Below, in pieces: positions 40,774-51,259 of a stretch of 64,000 bases of DNA. A program made the position numbers and the translations under genes. Below the pieces are notes generated by a model. It saw nothing but the letters and a program-made list of their open reading frames with translations, was not told the origin of the DNA and ran no database searches. The DNA is taken from assembly GCA_965224705.1 (NCBI GenBank), contig OZ245056.1, forward strand, positions 1,984,001 through 2,048,000, given 5' to 3'. Origin of the DNA: Spirochaetaceae bacterium (GTDB taxonomy: Bacteria; Spirochaetota; Spirochaetia; DSM-2461). Positions within the stretch are counted from its first letter, which is position 1. Each line of letters begins with the position of its first letter.

Positions 40774-41298
40774 ATGACTATTAAAAGATTGATCATCAGC
40801 ATGATCCTGATCGGTTTAGCGGCAGGATTTGTCTCTGCCAACGGTGTGGAAGATAATGACTTGTATGATGATGGAGACGACTGGATATCCGGCCATCGTT
40901 ACAGAATGGAAAGAAATTACCGGGGAGATGGAAAATTTTCAAACCTGGAAACGGAAACTTATTCCGGTATCTTTGATTTTGAAGATGAGACATATCCGGT
41001 TTTGGAAACAGAAGACGGATCCCGATATTACCTTGCGGTTGAATTCCCCGTTGATATGGATGACATGCCTGCCAACGGCGATGAACTGGAAGTTGAAGCA
41101 TTTCCATCCTGGGAATCGCCTGTTACATTGATCGTAATGGATGCGACGGTAAACGGTGAACCAGTAAGAGCGAATTGGCGGGGAAGCTATGAAAGATTCG
41201 GTGACAGAAATGGTTTCAGAGGCCGTACTGGTTTTAGAGACCGTGACCGCAATTGGAGACAGGGCGGTTATGGAGGATGTGGTGGCGACTGCTACTAG
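40774..41298 (+). CDS. Exported accessory protein with Arg/Gly-rich tail
   Basis: GGAGG RBS, signal peptide, acidic body, RG/RD-rich C-terminus ending GGCGGDCY; first gene of the TCS operon. Confidence 0.8.
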   Translation: MTIKRLIISMILIGLAAGFVSANGVEDNDLYDDGDDWISGHRYRMERNYRGDGKFSNLETETYSGIFDFEDETYPVLETEDGSRYYLAVEFPVDMDDMPANGDELEVEAFPSWESPVTLIVMDATVNGEPVRANWRGSYERFGDRNGFRGRTGFRDRDRNWRQGGYGGCGGDCY

Positions 41299-41459
41299 GA
41301 GCCTGTCGGACTTACGCCTCACGGCTCAATTTTTGCCCTTTTTCCCTGCTGCGGCGTTGCCAAAATACTCACGTAGCCCAGCTACGCTCCGTTTTTGTCG
41401 CCTTGCATCAGGAAAAAATCATCAGAAATCGCCTCGAAGTCTCAAAGTCCGACAGACTC
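41299..41459 (+). mobile_element. MITE family B, full length (161 bp)
   Basis: IRs GAGCCTGTCGGACTT / AAGTCCGACAGACTC; flanks CTAG/CTGG; near-identical copy at 57276. Confidence 0.9.
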
Positions 41460-41472
41460 CTGGGAGCCTGTT

Positions 41473-42171
41473 GTGACGGCCCTGGTCGTTGAAGATGAAA
41501 AACAGCTCAATACAATGATTCGGGATTATCTTGAGTCATTGGGCTGGACAACCCTTGGTGCTGAAAACGGCACCAGGGCACTTCAAATCTTCCAGGAAAA
41601 TAAAGTGGATTTCGTGCTGCTGGATATTATGATACCGGGGCTGGATGGTCTGGATGTGATAAGAAAAATCAGAGAGCACAGTGATGTTCCGGTCATTTTC
41701 ATCACAGCCCTGACCGAAGAGTCTGATAAACTCATCGGCCTGGAGCTTGGTGCCGATGATTACATCTCTAAACCTTTCAGTCTCAAGGAAATGGCAGCAC
41801 GTATCCGCAGCGTCATGAGACGTGTCAGCCCCCCTGAAAAAAACCAGTTACAGGAAGAAACAATACTGACTATTGGAGACCTTGAACTGAACCCCGTAAA
41901 ACGAACCATTCATCAGACAGGCATTTTACTGGATTTTACGGCGGTTCAATTCGATATCATCCATGGTTTCATGAGAAATCCGGGCCGGGTGTTCCGACGT
42001 ACCGAGATACTTGAGTTCTTCCAGGAACATGCCTGGGAGGGCTATGAACGAACCATTGATGTGCATATAAAGAACATTCGGAAAATTCTTGAACCTGACC
42101 GGGACAATCCTCAATACATACAAACTGTTCGGAGTGTGGGATACCGTTTCAATGATGGGAATTCAACATGA
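41473..42171 (+). CDS. OmpR-family response regulator (BaeR-like)
   Basis: GTG start, ALVVEDE, LDIMIP, GADDYISKPF, ERTIDVHIKNIR. Confidence 0.93.
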   Translation: MTALVVEDEKQLNTMIRDYLESLGWTTLGAENGTRALQIFQENKVDFVLLDIMIPGLDGLDVIRKIREHSDVPVIFITALTEESDKLIGLELGADDYISKPFSLKEMAARIRSVMRRVSPPEKNQLQEETILTIGDLELNPVKRTIHQTGILLDFTAVQFDIIHGFMRNPGRVFRRTEILEFFQEHAWEGYERTIDVHIKNIRKILEPDRDNPQYIQTVRSVGYRFNDGNST

Positions 42172-43649
42172 GACTGCCTCTGGGAGCAAAAATACTGGGG
42201 TCTTACGGGATTATTGTTTTTCTGGCACTCGGTATTACCGTAGGAGCCGGACAAAGATTTACCCAGTCCCAGTATAATGAATTTGCAGCTCAGAGAGACA
42301 GATCCCGTGCCAGGGCCATGGCTCCTTTTCTGGATCAACTCATCCTGGAGGCAGTCAATGCAGAAAAAGATGACCCACAATCGGAGTTTCCCCTGCCCGG
42401 TCCCCATGTGTTTACGCAGGCAATCCAGAACGACGAATTGCTCAGCACTAATCAGAGTGGACATCACAGGCATATGAATCCGCCGCCTCGAAGAAGTCGG
42501 CGCCAGGATGATTTTTTCGACCGAATGCTCATTACCGATGCAGAAGGACGTGTTCTTTACAATACAATGGGCAACCGAATAAAACAATATCCGGACAGAG
42601 ATGATCAACCCGGGGGTGTGGAGATTTACAGTAATCAGGAAGTGGTTGGTTACCTTTACATTGGCCAGATGTTTCCCAGCCCACCCCGATCGGATGAAGA
42701 ATACTTCTTTCAAAATGTCGGTCTGAAAACTCTGACTTTTACCGCCCTCATTTTCCTGATTGTCATCATACTGGGGATAGTCCTGACACGGCACATAGTT
42801 ATCCCGGTGAAATCAATCAATGCGGCTGCCCGGCAGGTCAAGGAAGGGATTCTGAATGTGAGAGTCCCTGATAGGCGACAGGATGAAATGGGCGATCTGG
42901 CCAGAGGGTTCAATGCCATGACAGCTTCTCTGGAAGCCGCAGATCGGCAGCGTAAGCAGCTTATAGCCGATTCGGCCCATGAACTTCGAACGCCGGTCAG
43001 CATCATTCGGACAAGAATTGAAATGATGGAAGAGGGTGTCTATCCCATGGATACGGATGGCCTGACCGCCCTTGCCAGCGAAACCGATCATTTAATCAGA
43101 TTGATTGAGGAGCTTAAAACTCTTGCGACACTGGAATCCCCTGATTTCTCAATGAAATTGGAAAAAGTCAATCTGGCTGAATTGATCAAAGATTCAGTGA
43201 ATTCAAGTCAACCAATCATTGCACAGTCGGGTTTTCAAGTAGAGACTTCTATCAGTGACAGCATTCCAGTCATCAGCGGAAATGCGGAAAAACTCCGCCG
43301 TATGATAAAAAACCTCCTATCCAATGCTCTGTGCTACGCCCAGAAAAAAATAGTCATCAGCGTGAATTCAGGTCCTGCAAACCGGATTGAAATTCTGGTG
43401 GAAGATGATGGACCGGGCATACCGGATGAAATGAAAGAACGTGTTTTCGAACGCTTCTACCGACTGGATTCCTCACGGAGCAGAGATTCCGGGGGAAGCG
43501 GCCTTGGTCTGGCTATCTGCCGTGAAATAATCAAAGCTCACAGTGGTGAAATCAGTGTCCATACATCAGAGAATCTGGGAGGTGCTGCCTTCCTGGTAGT
43601 AATTCCCAATCAGAGTGAATCTCCGACCGCATCAAATAAGCGTGCCTGA
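42168..43649 (+). CDS. Sensor histidine kinase (BaeS/CpxA-like)
   Basis: 2 TM, HAMP, AHELRTP, NLLSNA, DDGPG, GSGLGL. Confidence 0.93.
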   Translation: MRLPLGAKILGSYGIIVFLALGITVGAGQRFTQSQYNEFAAQRDRSRARAMAPFLDQLILEAVNAEKDDPQSEFPLPGPHVFTQAIQNDELLSTNQSGHHRHMNPPPRRSRRQDDFFDRMLITDAEGRVLYNTMGNRIKQYPDRDDQPGGVEIYSNQEVVGYLYIGQMFPSPPRSDEEYFFQNVGLKTLTFTALIFLIVIILGIVLTRHIVIPVKSINAAARQVKEGILNVRVPDRRQDEMGDLARGFNAMTASLEAADRQRKQLIADSAHELRTPVSIIRTRIEMMEEGVYPMDTDGLTALASETDHLIRLIEELKTLATLESPDFSMKLEKVNLAELIKDSVNSSQPIIAQSGFQVETSISDSIPVISGNAEKLRRMIKNLLSNALCYAQKKIVISVNSGPANRIEILVEDDGPGIPDEMKERVFERFYRLDSSRSRDSGGSGLGLAICREIIKAHSGEISVHTSENLGGAAFLVVIPNQSESPTASNKRA

Positions 43650-44155
43650 ACAAATAAATAATCTGAGAGACGATTCAAATACCTCTGACCATCATTCAAA
43701 TCGTTCATAATTCTTTCCCGTATCAAAGTAACCAGATTCCGCTCAACTCGACGGCACACAGCTCTTGCAAAATCTATTCTGGCACTGGTTTCATTCCTGC
43801 CGTATGTGATAAAGTAATCAGGCATGTCAATCTTATCCATAATATCCCTTTGCCAGATCTCAATCTGCTCTATATCAGAATGACAGATGCGAGGTATTGT
43901 ATCATATGCAGAATGGGAAGGCGGTACGGCCAGCATACCTCCCAGCCGGAGAAGGCATTGCTCTATCCAGTTTACGTTATCCCTGTCCCGAACATCGTCC
44001 AGGGATGCTTTAACCATGCCCAGGGCCGCATGCAGTTCATCTATTTCTCCAATTACCTTAATCAGCAGGTCGTCTTTGGCACGGCGAGATCCATCAGCAA
44101 TGCTGGTTTGTCCCGAATCGCCGCCGCGTGTTGTAATACTATTAAATTCTATCAT
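43610..44155 (-). CDS. PduO-type cob(I)alamin adenosyltransferase
   Basis: TTRGGDSGQT, RAVCRRVER, YLNRLSDYLF. Confidence 0.93.
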   Translation of the reverse strand: MIEFNSITTRGGDSGQTSIADGSRRAKDDLLIKVIGEIDELHAALGMVKASLDDVRDRDNVNWIEQCLLRLGGMLAVPPSHSAYDTIPRICHSDIEQIEIWQRDIMDKIDMPDYFITYGRNETSARIDFARAVCRRVERNLVTLIRERIMNDLNDGQRYLNRLSDYLFVQARLFDAVGDSL

Positions 44156-44220
44156 ATCAATTAGTATAATCATTTTCCATGGAATTGATTATGGTGCCGT
44201 GTGCTTTAAGAGAGGAATCA

Positions 44221-46389
44221 ATGAGTAAGCCGCAGGATAACAGGAATAGTAATGAAAACAAAGATTGGCGGGATTTGTTGAAAAAGTCCGGAGAGAGCGG
44301 GGAAAACAGCCGCTGGAACCCATTTCGCAAAGGGAAAACAAAATTCCCAATGTGGTATATCTTCCCTGCAATCCTGTTGATCGGCCTTTTTAACATGTTT
44401 TTGTTTCGCGGCGAGGGAAATTCCATTCCCTACAGTGCATTCAAACAGCTCATCTCTACAGGTGTTATTAAAGAAGTCCATTTCACAAAATCAACCCTCA
44501 TCGGGTATTCATCTGTGAATAATGGATCTGAGAATTCAAATGATGTGTATCAATATATTCAAAATATCTTCAATTCCAGTTTGTCTGATGGAAACAGGAG
44601 TTGGAAAACAGAATGGATTACCAGCGATCTCAAATTGCTTCCCCTGATGGAAGAAAACAACGTCGTATTTCTCGCCGTACCGGAACGCAACAACTATCTA
44701 CTCGACATGTTCGTCCGAATACTGATTTTCACTGTTCTGCTGCTTGTTATCTGGAGATACATGATGCGGCGAATGGGTGGAATAGGCGGCTCCAATGTTA
44801 TGAGTTTTGGTCAGAACAATGCCAAAATTGTGGCGGAGAAGGATTTAACCACTCGATTCAAGGATATTGCTGGATGCGATGAAGCCAAGGATGAATTGGT
44901 TGAAATTGTGGAATTCCTGAAAGCTCCCGCGAAGTATACTGATATTGGCGGAAAGATACCCAAAGGAGCCCTTCTTGTAGGTTCTCCGGGAACGGGAAAA
45001 ACTCTTCTGGCCAGAGCAGTGGCCGGTGAGGCCAGTGTTACCTTTTTCCGGATGTCCGGAGCTGATTTCGTTGAAATGTTCGTTGGTGTAGGAGCCGCAA
45101 GGGTTCGGGATCTGTTTAAGCAAGCCAGGGAGAAGGCCCCCTGCATCATTTTCATTGACGAGCTGGATGCCATTGGCAAAAGCCGATCAGGGACCTTGTC
45201 CACCAATGACGAAAGGGAACAAACCCTTAACCAGCTTCTGGTAGAAATGGATGGGTTTGATTCCACCAGCGGAGTGATAATTCTGGCTGCTACCAATCGG
45301 CCGGAAGTCCTTGATCCAGCCCTCCTCAGGCCGGGACGGTTTGACCGGCAGGTTGTGGTGGATAAACCGGATCAGGCAGGCCGGGAAGCCATACTTAAGA
45401 TCCATTCGGCCGGTGTAAAGACGGCTGAGGATTTTGATGTCAGCGAAGTTGCAAAAGCGACTGCAGGGTTATCCGGAGCAGATCTTGCCAACATAGTCAA
45501 TGAGGCAGCCCTGCTTGCCGTCAGATTTGGACGGGACAGGGTAACAAGGGAAGATTTTTTTGAAGCCATTGAGAAAACAGCCATTGGTCTGGAAAAGAGG
45601 AATAAGATACTCAATCCCCATGAACGGGAAGTGACGGCATACCATGAGACCGGACATGCACTGGTCAACGTGTTCACTCCGGATCAGCATCTGGTTAAGA
45701 AAATCACCATTGTCCCCCGGGGTTACGGCGTGATGGGATACATGCTTCCAGTTCCTGAAGAGGAGAGAAATTTCCAGACACGGGAAGAGCTTCTGGGGCG
45801 TATTGATGTCGCTCTGGGGGGCAGGGCCGCAGAAGAGATAATCTATGGAACTGTATCAACAGGGGCTGGGAATGACATTGCCAGGGCCACTGATATTGCA
45901 CGGGCAATGATAACTCGTCTGGGAATGAGTGATAAATTCACCCACGTATCGCTGGATAAGAAGGGCGGTGGTTTCCTTGGTGATACGGACTCTCATTATG
46001 GCCAGACAAGAGAATACTCAGAGGATACCCAGAAATATGTAGACCAGGAAATCTCCAGAATTATGTCGGAACGCTATGTTCGGGTAATGGGTCTGCTGCT
46101 GAAACATAGGAATCTTCTGGATATCATAACACACCTCCTTCTGGATAAGGAAACCATCGAAAGGGAAGAATTGATGTCTCTTATCAAAGCAGATGAAAAA
46201 GCTGAGGCTGAATATGCTGCCCGTAAGGATGCAGATCTCAAACCCTCCGAAAGAGCCCGGACTTCCGGTGAAGCAAGGAACCAGGCCATCAAACAGCGTA
46301 TGGCTGAAAAGCGTGAGGCCGAAGCCAATGCTCAGGCAAAAAAGGAATCCGATCAGGAAACCCTGAACAATGAGGAGGAACTTTCATGA
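44221..46389 (+). CDS. ftsH: ATP-dependent zinc metalloprotease FtsH
   Basis: 2 [37 protein letters not shown] before 44221. Confidence 0.97.
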   Translation: MSKPQDNRNSNENKDWRDLLKKSGESGENSRWNPFRKGKTKFPMWYIFPAILLIGLFNMFLFRGEGNSIPYSAFKQLISTGVIKEVHFTKSTLIGYSSVNNGSENSNDVYQYIQNIFNSSLSDGNRSWKTEWITSDLKLLPLMEENNVVFLAVPERNNYLLDMFVRILIFTVLLLVIWRYMMRRMGGIGGSNVMSFGQNNAKIVAEKDLTTRFKDIAGCDEAKDELVEIVEFLKAPAKYTDIGGKIPKGALLVGSPGTGKTLLARAVAGEASVTFFRMSGADFVEMFVGVGAARVRDLFKQAREKAPCIIFIDELDAIGKSRSGTLSTNDEREQTLNQLLVEMDGFDSTSGVIILAATNRPEVLDPALLRPGRFDRQVVVDKPDQAGREAILKIHSAGVKTAEDFDVSEVAKATAGLSGADLANIVNEAALLAVRFGRDRVTREDFFEAIEKTAIGLEKRNKILNPHEREVTAYHETGHALVNVFTPDQHLVKKITIVPRGYGVMGYMLPVPEEERNFQTREELLGRIDVALGGRAAEEIIYGTVSTGAGNDIARATDIARAMITRLGMSDKFTHVSLDKKGGGFLGDTDSHYGQTREYSEDTQKYVDQEISRIMSERYVRVMGLLLKHRNLLDIITHLLLDKETIEREELMSLIKADEKAEAEYAARKDADLKPSERARTSGEARNQAIKQRMAEKREAEANAQAKKESDQETLNNEEELS

Positions 46390-47843
46390 ATGTCAGCTGG
46401 TCTTTTCTCATTGATATGAGCATCCTTGGTGCTGGTCTGCTGCTTGCCACCTGGATACGGTCTCGTGTTGTTTTTTTTCAACGGTTTCTGGTTCCGAATG
46501 CTCTAACCGCAGGATTTATACTTTTCCCACTGTATAGCTGGGTTTTTCCCCACTTTGGTCTGGATACCATGAATCTGAAGAACATCATCTATCACTTCCT
46601 CAATCTGTCGTTTATTGCCATGGCTCTGAGAGTGAGCAAAGTGAAACGCCGATCCAGCCGGGATGTTTTTGCAACAAGCACAATGGTTCTGGGACAATAC
46701 GCCATTCAGAGCTTTTTGGGCACCATACTCACACTCATCATGATATTCACTTTTTTCCCCGGCCTTTTCCCTGGATTCGGTCTTTTTGCTACTCTGGGCT
46801 TTTCCCTGGGTTCCGGTCAGGCTTTTGCTATTGGTTCAGCCTGGGAGGCCATGGGTTTTGAGGGATTGGGCAGTATTGGACTGACTTTTGGAGCATTGGG
46901 ACTGATCTGGGCCTGTTTCGGCGGTATCTTCCTTGTCAACTATGGTACCCGCAAGGGGTGGATTTCCCGAAAAGAACAGGAACGCATCAATTCCGGCAAT
47001 GTTAGAGCCGGAGTTCTTCGCCGCGGTGAATCTGGTGATTTCTCATCTGTGGAGAATGTCATCAATCCCGAAGCCATTGATCCGATGAGCTTTACAGCGG
47101 CCCTTGTACTCATTACCTACCTGCTGTCATATCTGATTCTGAAATGCATCAGCTTCCTGCTTGAATTACTTGGCAGCGGCGGAGCTAAACTGGCCACAAA
47201 TCTATGGGGAGTCATGTTTATTTTTTGCGGTCTCACCGCCATTGTTGTAAAATCCCTGATCAAAAAAATTCGTATTGAACACATCATCGACAATCGAAGT
47301 CTGACCAGAATCAGCGGCTTCAGTGTGGATTACATGGTTGCTTCTGCCATAGCGGCTATCAGTGCTGCCGTTATCGCCCATTACTGGATTCCCATTACCG
47401 TCATCTCAACGCTGGTGGGGCTGGCCACTACTTTCAGCCATATCTGGCTCTCCAGCCGGGTGTTTCAAGACCATGTATTCTACCGAGCAGTTTTGATCTA
47501 TGGTGCTGCCACAGGAACCCTCCCAACAGGATTGGCCCTGCTGCGTATTATTGATCCCAACCTGGAATCTCCAGCCAGCCGGGATTTCATGCTGTCTGCA
47601 GGCCTGACCTTTCTGGCCGCCATACCCATATTGCTGACCGCCAATCTGCCGGCCATGGGGGCCCTGGATGGTTCTCTTATACCAACGTATCAGGTATTGG
47701 GACTCTACTTCCTGTATATAATTCTCTGCGCTGCAGCCTACCTGTTTCTCTCGGGAAAACGGCGGTTCAAGAATTACTCAGCAATCTGGTTCAAACGGGA
47801 TTCTCAGGACTCCCGTCTCCCGATAAGAACAACCATGGAATAG
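46386..47843 (+). CDS. GltS/ESS-family sodium:glutamate symporter
   Basis: Polytopic membrane protein; FLVPNALTAG, GFSLGSGQA, YGAATGT..TGLALLR..DP. Confidence 0.8.
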   Translation: MNVSWSFLIDMSILGAGLLLATWIRSRVVFFQRFLVPNALTAGFILFPLYSWVFPHFGLDTMNLKNIIYHFLNLSFIAMALRVSKVKRRSSRDVFATSTMVLGQYAIQSFLGTILTLIMIFTFFPGLFPGFGLFATLGFSLGSGQAFAIGSAWEAMGFEGLGSIGLTFGALGLIWACFGGIFLVNYGTRKGWISRKEQERINSGNVRAGVLRRGESGDFSSVENVINPEAIDPMSFTAALVLITYLLSYLILKCISFLLELLGSGGAKLATNLWGVMFIFCGLTAIVVKSLIKKIRIEHIIDNRSLTRISGFSVDYMVASAIAAISAAVIAHYWIPITVISTLVGLATTFSHIWLSSRVFQDHVFYRAVLIYGAATGTLPTGLALLRIIDPNLESPASRDFMLSAGLTFLAAIPILLTANLPAMGALDGSLIPTYQVLGLYFLYIILCAAAYLFLSGKRRFKNYSAIWFKRDSQDSRLPIRTTME

Positions 47844-49927
47844 CAGTCCGTCCTATAATCCTCACCACTGACAATCTGTACTTCTTCGCCCGCTTCCGCA
47901 ATGTCCTGAGGCGGATCCAATGACGTATCCACAAAACGATACCAGCCGCAGCCTTCAGGGGGTTCGGGCAGGTGGAAATGAACACTGTTTACCGTTGAAT
48001 TGAAGTAGATGACAATGTCCTCTTCACCATGAGTTCCATAAATTCGCAGAGCAAGAATATTCTTCTGCCTGCTCCAATCCACTGAATTTCCATGCTCATC
48101 AAACCAGTCAATATCGGGTTTCTCGCCGTCAGGCTGATTGCTGCCGGTAAAAAACTCCCGGTGCTGCAGGGTAGAGCGGTTTCTTCTGAAATTGATGATG
48201 AGCCGGGCAAAACGGTAGGTATCGGCATGAGCTTCCAGACAGGAGAAATCATACCATGAGAGTTCTGAATTATGGCAGTAGGCATTATTGTTCCCCTGCT
48301 GGGTCCGCTGAAATTCATCTCCAGCCAGTATCATTGGCGTTCCGCGGGATAGAAGCAGGGTTGCCCAGAAATTTTTAATGATGCGGGTGCGCAGGACAAG
48401 GATGGATTCATCACTGGTCTCACCTTCAATTCCCCAGTTGCAGCTGAGATTATTATCAGAACCATCCCTGTTCTCCTCTCCATTTGCCTCATTATGCTTC
48501 TGGCTGTAACTGACAAGATCATGGAGGGTAAATCCATCATGTGAAGTGATGTAATTTATACTGTGATATGGTTTTTTTCCGCTGCTGGCATAGAGATCGG
48601 AACTGCCGCTGATTCTGGTAGCGAAGGCATTAATCATACCGGGATCACCCCGCCAGAATTTCTTTACATCGTCCCTGTACCTGTCATTCCACTCAGCCCA
48701 GGGGTCACCATAGAAATTCCCAACCTGCCAGGCACCACCGGCATCCCAGGGCTCTGCTATAATTTTTGTGTTGCGCAGAACAACATCTTCGGCAATGCTC
48801 TCCAGAATGGGAGGATTGTCCATTATTCTGCCTTCACCATCCCGGGCAAGAATTGAAGCCAGATCAAAACGAAAGCCATCCACATGCATTTCCTGAACCC
48901 AGTACCGGAGGCAGTCGATAATCAGTTTCCTCACAACCGGATGGTTGCAGTTTAATGTATTGCCGCAGCCGGAATAGTTCCTGTAGAAGCGTTTGTTTTC
49001 CTCCAGCATGTAGTAAATTGAGTTATCCAACCCCCGGAAGGAATAAGTTGGTCCTGTATGATTTCCCTCCCCTGTATGATTGAACACGACATCCAGTATG
49101 ATCTCAATACCAGCCCTGTGCAGTTCCCTCACCATCGTTTTAAACTCAATCACCTGATCCATACCCCTGCTGGAAACGGCATAGTTTCCTTTAGGGGCAA
49201 AGAACGCTGTTGTAGAATAACCCCAGTAATTTGTAATCGACTTATTGCCGTTTTCATGTTCATCAAATTCCGCTACAGGTAGAAATTCAATGCTGGTGAT
49301 TCCCAGTTCTCTGAGATAGGGAATCATCTCAATCACACCGGCACAGGTTCCTGGATTCTTCAAACCAAAATATTTTGCTGTATTGGGATGCCTGGTCAAT
49401 CCTCTCAAATGAGTTTCATAGATGATTGTTTCATGGAGGGGGTAATTGAGCGGCTGATCGCCCTGCCAATCGAAGTAATCATCCACAACAACAGATTTAG
49501 GCATACAGATGTGATTCCGGCTCGTTGAAAAGGAAAGATCTCCATCCGGATGATTGGGGTCGTACCCAAAGGCCTTCCTCAAATTCCAGGGAGTATTTCC
49601 CGTGAGAGCCTTGCTGTAGGGATCGATAAGAACCCGATTTCTGTTAAAGCGATGCCCCTTTTCAGGCCTGTATGAGCCATCTACCCGATACAGATACAAC
49701 TGACCCTTTTTTAAGCCTTTGACAAAGATGTGCCAACAATCCCCGGTCTTGTTGATCTTTGGGTCCAGGAGTATACACTCATAGGGCTCATCGTCATCGG
49801 GCTTTCGATACAGCAGGAGATGAACAGAGGTTGCATATCGAGAAATCAGAGAAAACTGTACGCCATTTGATGTAAGGGTTGCCCCTGCAGGCAGGGGGTG
49901 TCCGGGGTTGATTCGTTTGTTTTTCAT
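47804..49927 (-). CDS. glgX: Glycogen debranching enzyme
   Basis: NYWGY, DVVFNHT, DGFRFDLA, IAEPWD, HDGFTL, GNNNAYC. Confidence 0.96.
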   Translation of the reverse strand: MKNKRINPGHPLPAGATLTSNGVQFSLISRYATSVHLLLYRKPDDDEPYECILLDPKINKTGDCWHIFVKGLKKGQLYLYRVDGSYRPEKGHRFNRNRVLIDPYSKALTGNTPWNLRKAFGYDPNHPDGDLSFSTSRNHICMPKSVVVDDYFDWQGDQPLNYPLHETIIYETHLRGLTRHPNTAKYFGLKNPGTCAGVIEMIPYLRELGITSIEFLPVAEFDEHENGNKSITNYWGYSTTAFFAPKGNYAVSSRGMDQVIEFKTMVRELHRAGIEIILDVVFNHTGEGNHTGPTYSFRGLDNSIYYMLEENKRFYRNYSGCGNTLNCNHPVVRKLIIDCLRYWVQEMHVDGFRFDLASILARDGEGRIMDNPPILESIAEDVVLRNTKIIAEPWDAGGAWQVGNFYGDPWAEWNDRYRDDVKKFWRGDPGMINAFATRISGSSDLYASSGKKPYHSINYITSHDGFTLHDLVSYSQKHNEANGEENRDGSDNNLSCNWGIEGETSDESILVLRTRIIKNFWATLLLSRGTPMILAGDEFQRTQQGNNNAYCHNSELSWYDFSCLEAHADTYRFARLIINFRRNRSTLQHREFFTGSNQPDGEKPDIDWFDEHGNSVDWSRQKNILALRIYGTHGEEDIVIYFNSTVNSVHFHLPEPPEGCGWYRFVDTSLDPPQDIAEAGEEVQIVSGEDYRTDCYSMVVLIGRRES

Positions 49928-49988
49928 AGCTGTAGTAGAAGGATTCCCACCATACTATGTATCCAACCTGAGTGGCAATCCTTACCCA

Positions 49989-50104
49989 GTGTCAGAAAGC
50001 CTGTAAAACCCCCTTCAACCCATCCCGGGAGTCCAATCTCATCCTAAACCTTCACATACAACGGATTATAACGACCAGATTCCAATCCCGGATTACGCCA
50101 CTCA
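49989..50104 (-). mobile_element. Truncated copy of the IS at 7383-8637 (IR and transposase 3' end)
   Basis: Near-identical to 7383-7498. Confidence 0.9.
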
Positions 50105-50248
50105 ACACTCAGTATCGGTAACAACATTCCAGGTTCATAGCATCATCTGCCTCATGAACGTTTCGGATAAAGCTCAGACGTGACAGGTTCTCCAGGCAGA
50201 ACTGTGTGAACATTTCAGTTTCTCGAACAATGTAGAAACTGAGTTCTG

Positions 50249-51259
50249 TCAATTCTTATTGTAGAGATAGTAGAAGAAGTCCATATCAGTGCCCAGTACC
50301 TTCCTCTGATTCGGGAGAACCTTCTGGTACGTTTCCAGGGCTTTCCAAAAGCTATAAAACTCGGCATCAGCATTGTAGGCATCGGCATAGATTCGGGCAG
50401 CTTCGGAATCCCCTTCGGCCCGTATCAGGGCAGCCGTTGTTTCCGCTTCGGTCAGCTTTATATCCCTGTCTCTGTTGAGCTTACCGACCCATTCGGCTTT
50501 CAGGCCATTTCCATCGGATCGGTAGCCGGTTGCCACTTTTTTACGCTCAGAGATCATCCTGTCATACACCGACTGAGTAAGATCGTTGGAGTAGCGGATT
50601 TGTCGGATCACAACATCCAGGAGTTCTATACCATACTCCGGCATGGAACCCTGGGAACGGGTTAGCATCTCGCCTGACAATGCTTCCCGGCCATGTTCAA
50701 TGGGAGTGAAGGCATTTTCAAGTATGTTGACCGATGTGCCAGTTTGATTATCACCCTGATTCTCGGATTCTGCTGCATCGGCTTCGGCCTGGGCATCCGT
50801 TTGAAAATCCAGAATCACATTGGCTGACTCAAGGATTATATTGGTAGACCTCACTGATTCTGTAAGAGGGTATTGGGAGACGACAGTACGGACAGCCGAT
50901 TCAATTACATTATCCAGACGGGCATAAGCTTCACCCATCACATTGACTCTCTGATAGAATACTCTGGGATCAACAATACGCCATCGGGCCGTGGTATCCA
51001 CCCAGATGTACTGATTCTCACTGGTGGGCATACGCTGGGGATCGCCGTCCCAGGACAGGATTTTTCTGGAATACCTTGTTACTTGATCCACAATGGGTAC
51101 TTTGAATTTCAATCCGGATTCGGTATGGACCTTGACGATACGACCGAATCTGGTAACAACGGCCTGCTCACCTTCAGGTACAGTGTAAAAAGGCCGTAGA
51201 ACCGCAACCAGGACAGCAATAATGATAACGGGTAAAAGGGTCTTTATGAGAGTATTCAT
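50249..51259 (-). CDS. hflC: FtsH modulator HflC
   Basis: SPFH domain, VYDRMISER, AARIYADAY..DAEFYSF. Confidence 0.92.
   Translation of the reverse strand: MNTLIKTLLPVIIIAVLVAVLRPFYTVPEGEQAVVTRFGRIVKVHTESGLKFKVPIVDQVTRYSRKILSWDGDPQRMPTSENQYIWVDTTARWRIVDPRVFYQRVNVMGEAYARLDNVIESAVRTVVSQYPLTESVRSTNIILESANVILDFQTDAQAEADAAESENQGDNQTGTSVNILENAFTPIEHGREALSGEMLTRSQGSMPEYGIELLDVVIRQIRYSNDLTQSVYDRMISERKKVATGYRSDGNGLKAEWVGKLNRDRDIKLTEAETTAALIRAEGDSEAARIYADAYNADAEFYSFWKALETYQKVLPNQRKVLGTDMDFFYYLYNKN

Noticed and set aside
41189..41492. ORFs 41189-41476 and 41253-41492, and the 41395 start of the regulator
   Set aside because: They are translations of the family B MITE; the same peptide recurs in ORF 57031-57477
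43610..43649. 40 bp convergent overlap (also at 47804-47843)
   Set aside because: Common in compact genomes; no further signal
50215..50242. Hairpin TCAGTTTCT...AGAAACTGA after hflC
   Set aside because: AT-rich stem, 10 nt loop and no clear U-tract; too weak to call a terminator
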